From the NCBI GenBank assembly GCA_018268175.1, contig JAFDXB010000112.1, forward strand, positions 1 through 36,416: a stretch of DNA of 36,416 bases, read 5' to 3'. The notes beneath the pieces are model-generated. The model was not told the DNA's origin. It saw nothing but the letters and a program-made list of their open reading frames with translations, and did no database searches. Below, piece after piece: positions 9,703 through 17,515 of this stretch. The position numbers were made by a program, and so were the translations under genes. The DNA comes from Bacteroidota bacterium (lineage in GTDB: Bacteria; Bacteroidota; Bacteroidia; Chitinophagales; Chitinophagaceae). Each line of letters opens with the position of its first letter. The stretch's first letter is position 1.

Positions 9703-10543
9703 TGGGATGTAGTATTTGTCCGGTAAAATAAGATCCATCTTTGCTTGCCAAAAACAGATAGGCGGGTGCAATTTCATTAGGCTCGCCGGCCCGCCCCATA
9801 GGCGAATCTGAACCATGTGTTGCTACATCTTCCTTTTCAAAAGTAGCAGGTATCAACGGTGTCCATACCGGACCGGGCGCAACACCATTAACACGAATTT
9901 TCCGGTCAATAAGATTTGCAGATAAACTTCTTGTGAAACTTACAATTGCACCTTTGGTGGATGAATAATCAATTAAACCACCGCTCCCTCTGTAGGCAGT
10001 AACTGAGGTTGTGTTTATTATACAACTTCCTTCCTTCATATATTTTAAAGATGCTGCAGTTAAATAAAACATTGAAAAAATATTTGTAGAAAAAGTTTTT
10101 AATAACTGTTCTTGTGAAATGTCTTCAAGAGTTTTTTGAACAAACTGAACGCCGGCATTGTTAACTAAAATATCTATGGTGCCAAATTCTTTAATTACTT
10201 GCTCTACAATGTTTTCACAGTGCTGCTTTTGGCCAACATCTCCCGGCAGGAGTAAGCATCTCTTGTTATAACTTCCAATTATTGATTTCGCTACTTCACT
10301 AGCATCATCATCTTCACTTAAATAAGATATTGCAATATCTGCTCCTTCACTGGCAAACAACAATGCAACGGCTTTACCTATTCCACTGTCTCCTCCTGTA
10401 ATTAATGCTTTTTTTCCTGTTAGCTTCCCTTGTTTTGGTTCAACAGGTTCACTTTTAGGTAATGGCTTCATTTCTGATTCTTTACCCGGCAATGTTTGCG
10501 ATTGCGGTGGCCTTACATTTTTTTCTTCCTTTGATTTTTGCAT
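9677..10543 (-). CDS. SDR-family oxidoreductase, general-stress type (YghA/YhxC/Gsp39-like)
   Basis: TGGDSGIG Rossmann motif, NNAG, YSSTK catalytic motif, N-terminal PPQxQxxPGxExxMxPxP extension and C-terminal GQILHPNGG. Likely start is the ATG at 10543 (MQKSKEE). Confidence 0.92.
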   Translation of the reverse strand: MQKSKEEKNVRPPQSQTLPGKESEMKPLPKSEPVEPKQGKLTGKKALITGGDSGIGKAVALLFASEGADIAISYLSEDDDASEVAKSIIGSYNKRCLLLPGDVGQKQHCENIVEQVIKEFGTIDILVNNAGVQFVQKTLEDISQEQLLKTFSTNIFSMFYLTAASLKYMKEGSCIINTTSVTAYRGSGGLIDYSSTKGAIVSFTRSLSANLIDRKIRVNGVAPGPVWTPLIPATFEKEDVATHGSDSPMGRAGEPNEIAPAYLFLASKDGSYFTGQILHPNGGEIING

Positions 10544-10568
10544 TAGACTATTTTTTATTTCAATACAT

Positions 10569-10584
10569 AGAAATATTGTGCCTT
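10569..10584 (-). promoter_or_regulatory. Sigma-54-like -24/-12 promoter for the SDR-topIB-ku-PE operon
   Basis: Minus strand AAGGCACAATATTTCT (GGCAC-N5-TT-CT), ending 26 nt before the ATG at 10543. Confidence 0.5.
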
Positions 10585-10650
10585 CGCTAAAAGTGATTAA
10601 GGTAGAGAAGAAATTTCTACAAAACATTACTCAATCGAGATTCGCCGGAT

Positions 10651-10666
10651 ATGGTATGAACTTTGA
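10651..10666 (+). promoter_or_regulatory. Sigma-54-like -24/-12 promoter for the PNPOx-like gene
   Basis: ATGGTATGAACTTTGA (TGGTAT-N5-TT-GA), ending 28 nt before the ATG at 10694. Confidence 0.52.
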
Positions 10667-10693
10667 AAATATTGATTGTATAAAATTAACCTT

Positions 10694-11185
10694 ATGCAAC
10701 AATTAACAGATACCAACCTTAAATTTCTAGTAGATAAAATTCATGATATAAAAGTTGCTTTATTTAAGCCTGAAATGAATTCAGAACTTAAGCTTCCAAA
10801 CAATATAATTCAGGTTATTAAAACCGATAATAGCGGGAATGTTTATTTTTTTACTTCATGTATGAATGAGCAGGCAAAAAATCTTGAAAAGTGTTTTTAT
10901 GCTTATCTGGATTTTTACAAAAAAGGTTCAGAAGAAAGATTAAAAATAAGCGGCAAAGCTTCAATTGTAAGTGATGAAGAATTAACTCATATTCTGTTTA
11001 AGGAGGGCTTATATTCTGCCGGAACAGCTCCACGGCTTGTTCTAATAAAATTAAATATTTTACAAGCTGAATTTTCTGAAGCAAGACTGCCTGTTTACAA
11101 AGATTTTTCTTTAATGTCTAAAATAAAATCTGCATTTCTTTCAATTTTCTTTACTCCATCGCACAGGCAATTTGATTTTTCTTAA
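10694..11185 (+). CDS. Pyridoxamine 5'-phosphate oxidase-like / general stress protein 26-like FMN split-barrel protein (divergent)
   Basis: Pattern LVDKIHDIKVALF ... DNSGNVYFFTS ... LKISGKASIV ... LVLIKLNILQAEF resembles the Gsp26/PNPOx-like fold. ATG 10694 preferred over TTG 10676. Confidence 0.65.
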   Translation: MQQLTDTNLKFLVDKIHDIKVALFKPEMNSELKLPNNIIQVIKTDNSGNVYFFTSCMNEQAKNLEKCFYAYLDFYKKGSEERLKISGKASIVSDEELTHILFKEGLYSAGTAPRLVLIKLNILQAEFSEARLPVYKDFSLMSKIKSAFLSIFFTPSHRQFDFS

Positions 11186-11235
11186 AATTTAATTTTTAAA
11201 ACATAAACGTTTATATTTATTGTTTATAAAAGTTT

Positions 11236-11967
11236 ATGAAAAAAGAAATTTCCTCGTGGCATAGTCCTGCGCTTAATAAAGATATGCCTGTGGCAATATA
11301 TGGCGATTATGGTTTTGCACTGTTGTTAGTTCCTACTGCTGCCGCAGATTTCCTTGAATACGAAAGGTTTCAGCTAATAGAATCATTGGCTCCTGTTATT
11401 GATAGCGGTAAAGTAAAAGTGTTTTCTGTTAACAGCATTAATAATGAAAGCTGGTTAAATAACAATATGGCCGGCGAACATAAAGGCATCAGGCATAATC
11501 AGTTCAACAATTACATTTTTAATGAAATAATACCTTTTATAAAAAACAACACTTCAGAAGAAACTCCCATAATAACTTGTGGCGCATCATTTGGCGCTCT
11601 TCACAGCATGAATTTATTTTTAAAAAGACCCGACTTAATAAACGGTGTTATTGCAATGAGCGGTGTATATGACCTTATGGAATATACCAAAGGATTTTAT
11701 GATGAACAGGTATATTTCAATTCTCCACAGCATTATGTTCCCAATCTTACCGATGAATGGTATCTTCAGAAAATAAAGGAAAGCCATCATATTCACTTAC
11801 TTACAGGAAGCGGCGATTATGAAGATCCCGAAGCATCTCGAAAATTTTCAGATGTTCTATGGAAAAAAAACATTTCTCATTCGCTCGATATTTGGGGGCA
11901 TGAATGGAAGCATGACTGGCCTACCTGGCGGGCTATGTTGCCATATTACCTAAGAGAAAAATTTTAG
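11236..11967 (+). CDS. Alpha/beta-hydrolase esterase family protein
   Basis: Nucleophile elbow GASFGA, C-terminal HDWPTW catalytic His motif and N-terminal WHSPAL typical of this esterase family. Confidence 0.88.
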   Translation: MKKEISSWHSPALNKDMPVAIYGDYGFALLLVPTAAADFLEYERFQLIESLAPVIDSGKVKVFSVNSINNESWLNNNMAGEHKGIRHNQFNNYIFNEIIPFIKNNTSEETPIITCGASFGALHSMNLFLKRPDLINGVIAMSGVYDLMEYTKGFYDEQVYFNSPQHYVPNLTDEWYLQKIKESHHIHLLTGSGDYEDPEASRKFSDVLWKKNISHSLDIWGHEWKHDWPTWRAMLPYYLREKF

Positions 11968-12018
11968 TTGATATCTGTTTGAATTTTGAGCAGCCATGTT
12001 TTGTGGCACACGAAACAT

Positions 12019-14049
12019 TCAAAGCTTTTTCAAATCTGCTTGCATTTTAAGCATCATATCCCGTAGCCTTGCTGCTTCCATGAAATCCATGTCTTTCGCT
12101 GCTTTTTCCATTTCCTTTTTAATTTTAGCAATAGCTTTTTCGCGTTGTGGGATAGTTAAAAGCATTTCTTGTTGATCTTCGGCAACATTGGCAAATGGCT
12201 CTTCCTGTTGGGCGTAAGGGTTTGAAGGATCATAGCCTTTAACATCAAGTACACTTCCCTGAGCTAAAACCTGTTCCCGTGATTTAATAATCGTCTGTGG
12301 TATAATGTTATGTTTTGTATTATATTCAATTTGTTTTTCACGCCTCCGTGAAGTTTCATCAATGGTTTTTTGCATGCTTTCAGTAATCTTATCTGCATAA
12401 AAAATAACAAGGCCGTTCACATTCCTCGCCGCACGGCCTGCAGTTTGTGTAAGGCTTCTGTCATTTCTTAAAAATCCTTCCTTATCTGCATCCATAACGG
12501 CAACCAGGGAAACTTCCGGCAAATCAAGGCCTTCTCTCAAAAGGTTTACTCCAACCAAAACATCTATTATCCCTAATCGTAATTCTCTTAAAATCTCCAC
12601 ACGGTCAAGTGCAGTTACTTCACTGTGAATGTATTTAGATTTTATGTTAATGCGGTGCAGATATTTGTCCATCTCTTCTGCCATTCTTTTTGTAAGAGTT
12701 GTAACAAGAACCCTGTCGCCCATTTTTATTCTTTTATCTATTTCATCAAGCAAATCATCTATCTGATTAATTGATGGCCGCACCTCAATCGGCGGATCGA
12801 GAAGGCCTGTGGGCCTCACAACTTGCTCCACAACAACGCCGCCGGTTTTTTCAAGTTCATAATCTCCCGGTGTTGCAGAAACAAATATTGCCTGGTTTAA
12901 CAGGTTTTCAAACTCATGAAAATTTTGGGGACGGTTATCCATCGCCGAAGGCAAACGGAACCCATAATCAACTAAAGTCAATTTCCGGCTACGGTCTCCA
13001 CCATACATTCCGCTTATTTGTGGAATAGTTTGATGGCTTTCATCAATCACCATTAAATAATCTTTCGGAAAATAATCAAGAAGGCAAAATGGCCTTGCTC
13101 CCGGTTTTCGCCTGTCAAAGAACCGGCTGTAATTTTCAATACCATTACAATAGCCAAGTTCCCGTATCATTTCAATATCATAATTTACTCTTTCTGTAAT
13201 TCTTTGAGCTTCAATATATTTACCTGAGCGTTTAAAATATTCTTCCTGTGCAGCGCACTCATCCTGAATTTCATGAATCACTTGTGTAAGCATATCTTTT
13301 GGAGCGAGATATAAATTTGCCGGAAAAATGGCGGCATGTTCAACATTTGAAATTCGTTTTCCGGTAGAAAGTTCAAGTGTTTCTATAGATTCTATTTCAT
13401 CTCCGAAAAAACTTACCCTGTAGCCAAAATCTACATAAGGTAGATTTATATCAATAGTATCACCCTGCACCCTAAAAGTTCCCCTGCCAAAATCTCCCTG
13501 GCTACGGTGATAAAGTGAGTTAACAAGTGAATGCAAAAATCCCTGGCGTGAAATTACCTGGCCTTGTGAAATTCGGATAATTCCGTTTTCATATTCAGTT
13601 GGGTTTCCCATACCGTAAATACAACTTACACTGGCAACAATTATTATATCTCTTCTTCCGCTCAAAAGTTGAGCTGTGGCCTGAAGCCTTAGTTTATCTA
13701 GTTCTTCATTTATACTTAAATCTTTTTCTATGTAAACATTGCTTGTTGGTATATAGGCCTCCGGCTGATAGTAATCGTAATACGATACAAAATAGCCAAC
13801 AGCATTATCAGGAAAAAATTGTTTGAATTCGCCGTATAGCTGAGCTACGAGAGTTTTGTTATGGGTAAGAACAATTGTGGGTTTTTGTACATTTTGAATA
13901 ACGTTGGCAATAGTAAAAGTTTTACCGCTGCCTGTTACTCCCAATAAAGTTTGAAATTGTTCACCCGAAAGAACACCTTCAGATAATTGCTCAATAGCTG
14001 AAGGCTGGTCGCCCGCAGGTTTAAAGTTCGATGATATTTTAAAAGCCAT
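12019..14049 (-). CDS. uvrB: Excinuclease ABC subunit B
   Basis: Walker A LGVTGSGKT, YYDYYQPEAY beta-hairpin, DESH, NLLREGLDLPEVS, GRAARN and a C-terminal UVR motif. Confidence 0.99.
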   Translation of the reverse strand: MAFKISSNFKPAGDQPSAIEQLSEGVLSGEQFQTLLGVTGSGKTFTIANVIQNVQKPTIVLTHNKTLVAQLYGEFKQFFPDNAVGYFVSYYDYYQPEAYIPTSNVYIEKDLSINEELDKLRLQATAQLLSGRRDIIIVASVSCIYGMGNPTEYENGIIRISQGQVISRQGFLHSLVNSLYHRSQGDFGRGTFRVQGDTIDINLPYVDFGYRVSFFGDEIESIETLELSTGKRISNVEHAAIFPANLYLAPKDMLTQVIHEIQDECAAQEEYFKRSGKYIEAQRITERVNYDIEMIRELGYCNGIENYSRFFDRRKPGARPFCLLDYFPKDYLMVIDESHQTIPQISGMYGGDRSRKLTLVDYGFRLPSAMDNRPQNFHEFENLLNQAIFVSATPGDYELEKTGGVVVEQVVRPTGLLDPPIEVRPSINQIDDLLDEIDKRIKMGDRVLVTTLTKRMAEEMDKYLHRINIKSKYIHSEVTALDRVEILRELRLGIIDVLVGVNLLREGLDLPEVSLVAVMDADKEGFLRNDRSLTQTAGRAARNVNGLVIFYADKITESMQKTIDETSRRREKQIEYNTKHNIIPQTIIKSREQVLAQGSVLDVKGYDPSNPYAQQEEPFANVAEDQQEMLLTIPQREKAIAKIKKEMEKAAKDMDFMEAARLRDMMLKMQADLKKL

Positions 14050-14332
14050 TCTTTAATTGTAAATTTTTATTAGCAGAAGCCTGTGGTTTTGATAAATACC
14101 TTAAAACCCATGCAATAGTAAAAGTTGGAATAAAATCGGTAAATGGAAAAATTTCTTCAGCAAAGCTGATAGTAGCACCTATTTTTGAATTAAATAACTT
14201 AAAAAAAATAATGGCTGAAACAGGAGCCCACAAAATATCAGAAAATTCACCGATTGCCGGCAATATATAAGTGATATTTCCAATTATATCCAGAAAAACA
14301 CAAAGTAATAATGAGGGATTTTTTGGTTTCAT
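14039..14332 (-). CDS. Small conserved-looking membrane protein of unknown function
   Basis: 97 aa, hydrophobic, with GEFSDILWAP and EEIFPFTDFIPTFTIAW segments. Overlaps the uvrB start by 11 nt. Confidence 0.75.
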   Translation of the reverse strand: MKPKNPSLLLCVFLDIIGNITYILPAIGEFSDILWAPVSAIIFFKLFNSKIGATISFAEEIFPFTDFIPTFTIAWVLRYLSKPQASANKNLQLKNGF

Positions 14333-14436
14333 TTCTAATGATTTGTAAAATCAAATAATATGCAAGAAGACAATACGTCAGTTGCAATTTCTGATAATTT
14401 TTGCAAAATTTTCTCCGTAAAACCGTTGTAATGCTT

Positions 14437-14444
14437 TACCTTTG
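14437..14444 (+). promoter_or_regulatory. Bacteroidota housekeeping promoter -7 box for typA
   Basis: TACCTTTG matches TAnnTTTG and lies 58 nt before the ATG. No clear -33 TTTG. Confidence 0.65.
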
Positions 14445-14502
14445 CGCCTCTTCAAATGTTAGGAAGTTTTAAAATACATCCTTCCACATCTAAAAAACAT
14501 AC

Positions 14503-16314
14503 ATGAATATAAGGAACATTGCAATTATTGCACACGTTGATCACGGCAAAACCACTCTCGTTGACAAAATACTGAGAGCTACCAAAGTTTTCAGAGACAA
14601 CCAGGATACAGGTGAACTTATAATGGATAACAACGACCTGGAAAGAGAAAGAGGTATTACTATTTTCAGTAAAAATGCAGCGGTAACTTATAAAGATTAT
14701 AAGATAAATGTTATTGACACTCCCGGTCACTCTGATTTTGGCGGAGAGGTTGAACGTGTTTTAAAAATGGCTGACGGTGTTATTTTACTTGTGGATGCAT
14801 TTGAAGGGCCAATGCCACAAACGCGTTTTGTTTTGCATAAGGCATTGCAGTTAGGTTTACGGCCAATTGTTGTAATTAACAAAGTTGATAAACCCAATTG
14901 CCGTCCTGACGAAGTTCATGATGCAGTTTTCGAATTGTTCTTTAACCTTGATGCAACTGAAGAACAATTAGATTTCCCTACTTTTTATGGTTCCGGAAAA
15001 AATGGCTGGTTCAACGATTCTCTGACGCCTATAGATAATATTAATCCTTTGTTGGATGGAATTATTAAATATGTTCCTGAGCCGAATGTTAATGAAGGGC
15101 CTCTGCAAATGCAGATCACTTCATTAGATTATTCTTCTTTTCTTGGCCGGATAGCTGTTGGTAAAGTTACGCGTGGCTCAATTAAAGAAAATCAGCAGGT
15201 AATGCTGATGCATACCGATGGTGTAAATAAGAAAGTGAAGATTAAGGAACTTTATGTATTTGAAGGAATGGGAAAGAAAAAAGTTTCTGAAGTTAAGGCA
15301 GGAGATATTTGTGCCGTTGTTGGCCTTGAAGAATTTAATATTGGCGACACAATTGCCGACCCTGATAATTTTGAGGCTCTTCCCGTAATAAATGTTGATG
15401 AACCTACAATGAGTATGCTTTTCAGCATCAATAATTCTCCATTCTTTGGAAAGGAAGGTAAGTTTGTTACCAGCAGGCACTTGCGTGACAGACTTATGAA
15501 AGAAACTGAAAAAAATCTTGCTCTTAGAGTTGAAGACAGCGACAGCGCAGATAGTTTTATTGTGTTTGGCCGAGGCATCTTGCATTTAGGAATTCTTATT
15601 GAAACAATGCGCCGTGAAGGCTTTGAATTAACTGTAGGGCAACCTCAAGTTATTGTTAAACTAATAAATGGCGCAAAACATGAACCTTATGAAATTCTTG
15701 TTGTTGATGTGCCTGAACAATTCAGTGGCAAAGTGATTGATCTCGTTACCCAGCGTAAGGGAGAAATGCTTGTTATGGAAACCAAAGGTGAAATGCAGCA
15801 TCTTGAATTTGAAATTCCATCACGTGGTTTAATAGGCTTACGGAGCAATATGCTTACAAGTACTGCCGGTGAAGCTGTAATGGCTCATCGCTTTAGCGAA
15901 TATAAACCATGGAAAGGTGCAATTCCCGGACGGAACAACGGAGTTCTTTTATCTAAAACAACAGAAAAAACAACCGCTTATTCAATTGATAAACTACAAG
16001 ACAGGGGCAGATTTTTTGTTGATCCGGGAGAAGAAGTGTATGCAGGACAGATAATTGCTGAACATATTAAACCCGGAGACCTTGTTGTTAATGCAACAGA
16101 AGCAAAAAAACTAACCAACCACCGGGCAAGCGGATCTGATGATGCAAGCAGAATTGCTCCAAAAATATTAATGACTCTTGAAGAATGTATGGAATATATT
16201 CAGCAAGATGAATGTATTGAAGTAACCCCAAAAAATATTCGTCTTCGTAAGAATATTTTAAATGAAGAAGACAGAAAAAGGGTTGCAAAATCAATGTCGC
16301 AGGAAATAGCCTAA
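14503..16314 (+). CDS. typA: Translational GTPase TypA/BipA
   Basis: [59 protein letters not shown] and [11 protein letters not shown]. Confidence 0.99.
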   Translation: MNIRNIAIIAHVDHGKTTLVDKILRATKVFRDNQDTGELIMDNNDLERERGITIFSKNAAVTYKDYKINVIDTPGHSDFGGEVERVLKMADGVILLVDAFEGPMPQTRFVLHKALQLGLRPIVVINKVDKPNCRPDEVHDAVFELFFNLDATEEQLDFPTFYGSGKNGWFNDSLTPIDNINPLLDGIIKYVPEPNVNEGPLQMQITSLDYSSFLGRIAVGKVTRGSIKENQQVMLMHTDGVNKKVKIKELYVFEGMGKKKVSEVKAGDICAVVGLEEFNIGDTIADPDNFEALPVINVDEPTMSMLFSINNSPFFGKEGKFVTSRHLRDRLMKETEKNLALRVEDSDSADSFIVFGRGILHLGILIETMRREGFELTVGQPQVIVKLINGAKHEPYEILVVDVPEQFSGKVIDLVTQRKGEMLVMETKGEMQHLEFEIPSRGLIGLRSNMLTSTAGEAVMAHRFSEYKPWKGAIPGRNNGVLLSKTTEKTTAYSIDKLQDRGRFFVDPGEEVYAGQIIAEHIKPGDLVVNATEAKKLTNHRASGSDDASRIAPKILMTLEECMEYIQQDECIEVTPKNIRLRKNILNEEDRKRVAKSMSQEIA

Positions 16315-16342
16315 CATCAATAACAATATATTTTTAATTTAT

Positions 16343-16371
16343 AAACTGCTGTCTTTAACAGCAGTTTTTTT
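16343..16371 (+). terminator. Intrinsic terminator of typA
   Basis: Stem AAACTGCTGT-cttta-ACAGCAGTTT followed by a T run. Confidence 0.85.
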
Positions 16372-16398
16372 ATAAATAAAAGTAGCCTTATTAATTAG

Positions 16399-16406
16399 TA
16401 ACTTTG
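16399..16406 (+). promoter_or_regulatory. -7 promoter box 4 nt before the start codon of the small CxxC gene
   Basis: TAACTTTG-ctct-ATG. Confidence 0.6.
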
Positions 16407-16410
16407 CTCT

Positions 16411-16635
16411 ATGAAAAAGATAATTGCTTTTTTATCATTATTACTTTTAATATCAGTTTCTCTATATTCTCAATGTTCATTATGTACAAAAACCGCTGCG
16501 CAATTAGGTGAAAAGCCGGCGCAGGGCATGAATTCAGGTATTATATATTTAATGGCCACGCCTTTTGTAATAATGGGATATATCGGTTACCGCTGGTTTA
16601 AAGATCAACAACGAATTAAAAGATCGCAGCAATAG
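16411..16635 (+). CDS. Small exported, membrane-anchored CxxC protein
   Basis: Signal peptide MKKIIAFLSLLLLISVSLYS, mature N-terminus QCSLCTKT, then GMNSGIIYLMATPF transmembrane helix and a basic tail. Confidence 0.8.
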   Translation: MKKIIAFLSLLLLISVSLYSQCSLCTKTAAQLGEKPAQGMNSGIIYLMATPFVIMGYIGYRWFKDQQRIKRSQQ

Positions 16636-16689
16636 TATTATCCCTATTTGCATTTAGTAATTGCACGAAAAAAAATACTACATTTTACA

Positions 16690-16850
16690 TTTTCAAAAAT
16701 AATGAGTGTGTAATACACAATAATTGATGTGTTTATACGCTTATATACTTGTTCGCTAATCAACACAATCTACCATTAAATTATTTAGCGATTTTTGTTA
16801 GGCACTACAGGACGAAGAGGCCCCGGAATTGGACGGGGTTTCTTCATTTA
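16690..16850 (+). ncRNA. Candidate small RNA (or long 3' UTR); 5' end approximate
   Basis: 212-nt intergenic region with an internal inverted repeat TCGCTAA...TTAGCGA and a terminal hairpin that pairs fully only on the + strand. Confidence 0.4.
16814..16850 (+). terminator. Terminator-like hairpin
   Basis: GAAGAGGCCCCG-gaattgga-CGGGGTTTCTTC: 12 bp with two G-U pairs on the + strand, followed by ATTTA. It may also serve the convergent gene. Confidence 0.7.
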
Positions 16851-17513
16851 TACGAAATACCATGCGGCAATTTGGCAAATAATTCCAACTGCAATTCCAA
16901 AATAAATATCAACCGGGCGATGAGAAGAAACCATTAACCGTGAAGTACAAACGAAACCGCCGATAATTAAAGCGGATGCTATCGGCCACGCCATAAACAT
17001 TGAAGAAGAGAAAAACATTAGCAGGAAAAAAGTTATCATTCCGCCCATGGCGATTGCATGCATACTTATTTTAAAATAAATATTTGCAATTAAGGCTGCT
17101 GATGCAGACAGAAAGGTTGCAAGTAAAAATTTTGTAACTAATATTGAATACTGTGGTTGCTCACGAAAAACATTAAACGCCCAGAAGAAAAATATGCCGG
17201 CAGCGATGTATGGAATTATCCTGTCTTTTCTTGTGTGTAATTGAATTGAACTTATAAAACCAAGAGCTTTTAAAAGTAAAATTGTTATAAGAGGAAAGAA
17301 AACTATATTCAATAAAATAATCAGAAGTACTCTGAATTTATCTGAAGATGTAAAGCCTGTAAAGGCAGAAGGGTGAACATACAATAAAAATGCAATTACA
17401 TACACCGGAACAAAGAGTGGATGAAAGACTGCAGATATAAAATTTCCAACTGCCTTTTCAACAATATTTGCATTAGGGTTGTATGGAATTACCGGTAGTT
17501 CTGGAGAAGCCAT
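16848..17513 (-). CDS. Multi-pass membrane protein, PAP2-superfamily-like
   Basis: Several transmembrane helices with ISAVFHPL, KISMHA and SRLMVSSH motifs. Starts 2 nt after the rpoN stop. Confidence 0.75.
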   Translation of the reverse strand: MASPELPVIPYNPNANIVEKAVGNFISAVFHPLFVPVYVIAFLLYVHPSAFTGFTSSDKFRVLLIILLNIVFFPLITILLLKALGFISSIQLHTRKDRIIPYIAAGIFFFWAFNVFREQPQYSILVTKFLLATFLSASAALIANIYFKISMHAIAMGGMITFFLLMFFSSSMFMAWPIASALIIGGFVCTSRLMVSSHRPVDIYFGIAVGIICQIAAWYFV

Positions 17514-17515
17514 AA

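Noticed and set aside
9703-9816. N-terminal extension of TopIB in the ORF track (and similar extensions of SDR, infB, nusA, SLT and the beta-barrel gene)
   Set aside because: These extensions overlap upstream genes or promoter boxes. Downstream ATGs give family-typical N-termini or signal peptides.
11993-12018. TGGCACAC as a fourth sigma-54 site, or GCCA...TGGC as a terminator
   Set aside because: No TT at the -12 position and no downstream gene on that strand; the stem is too short.
16749-16937. 62-aa + strand ORF as a real gene
   Set aside because: TTG start, runs through the terminator hairpin and overlaps the convergent gene; an RNA element explains the region better.
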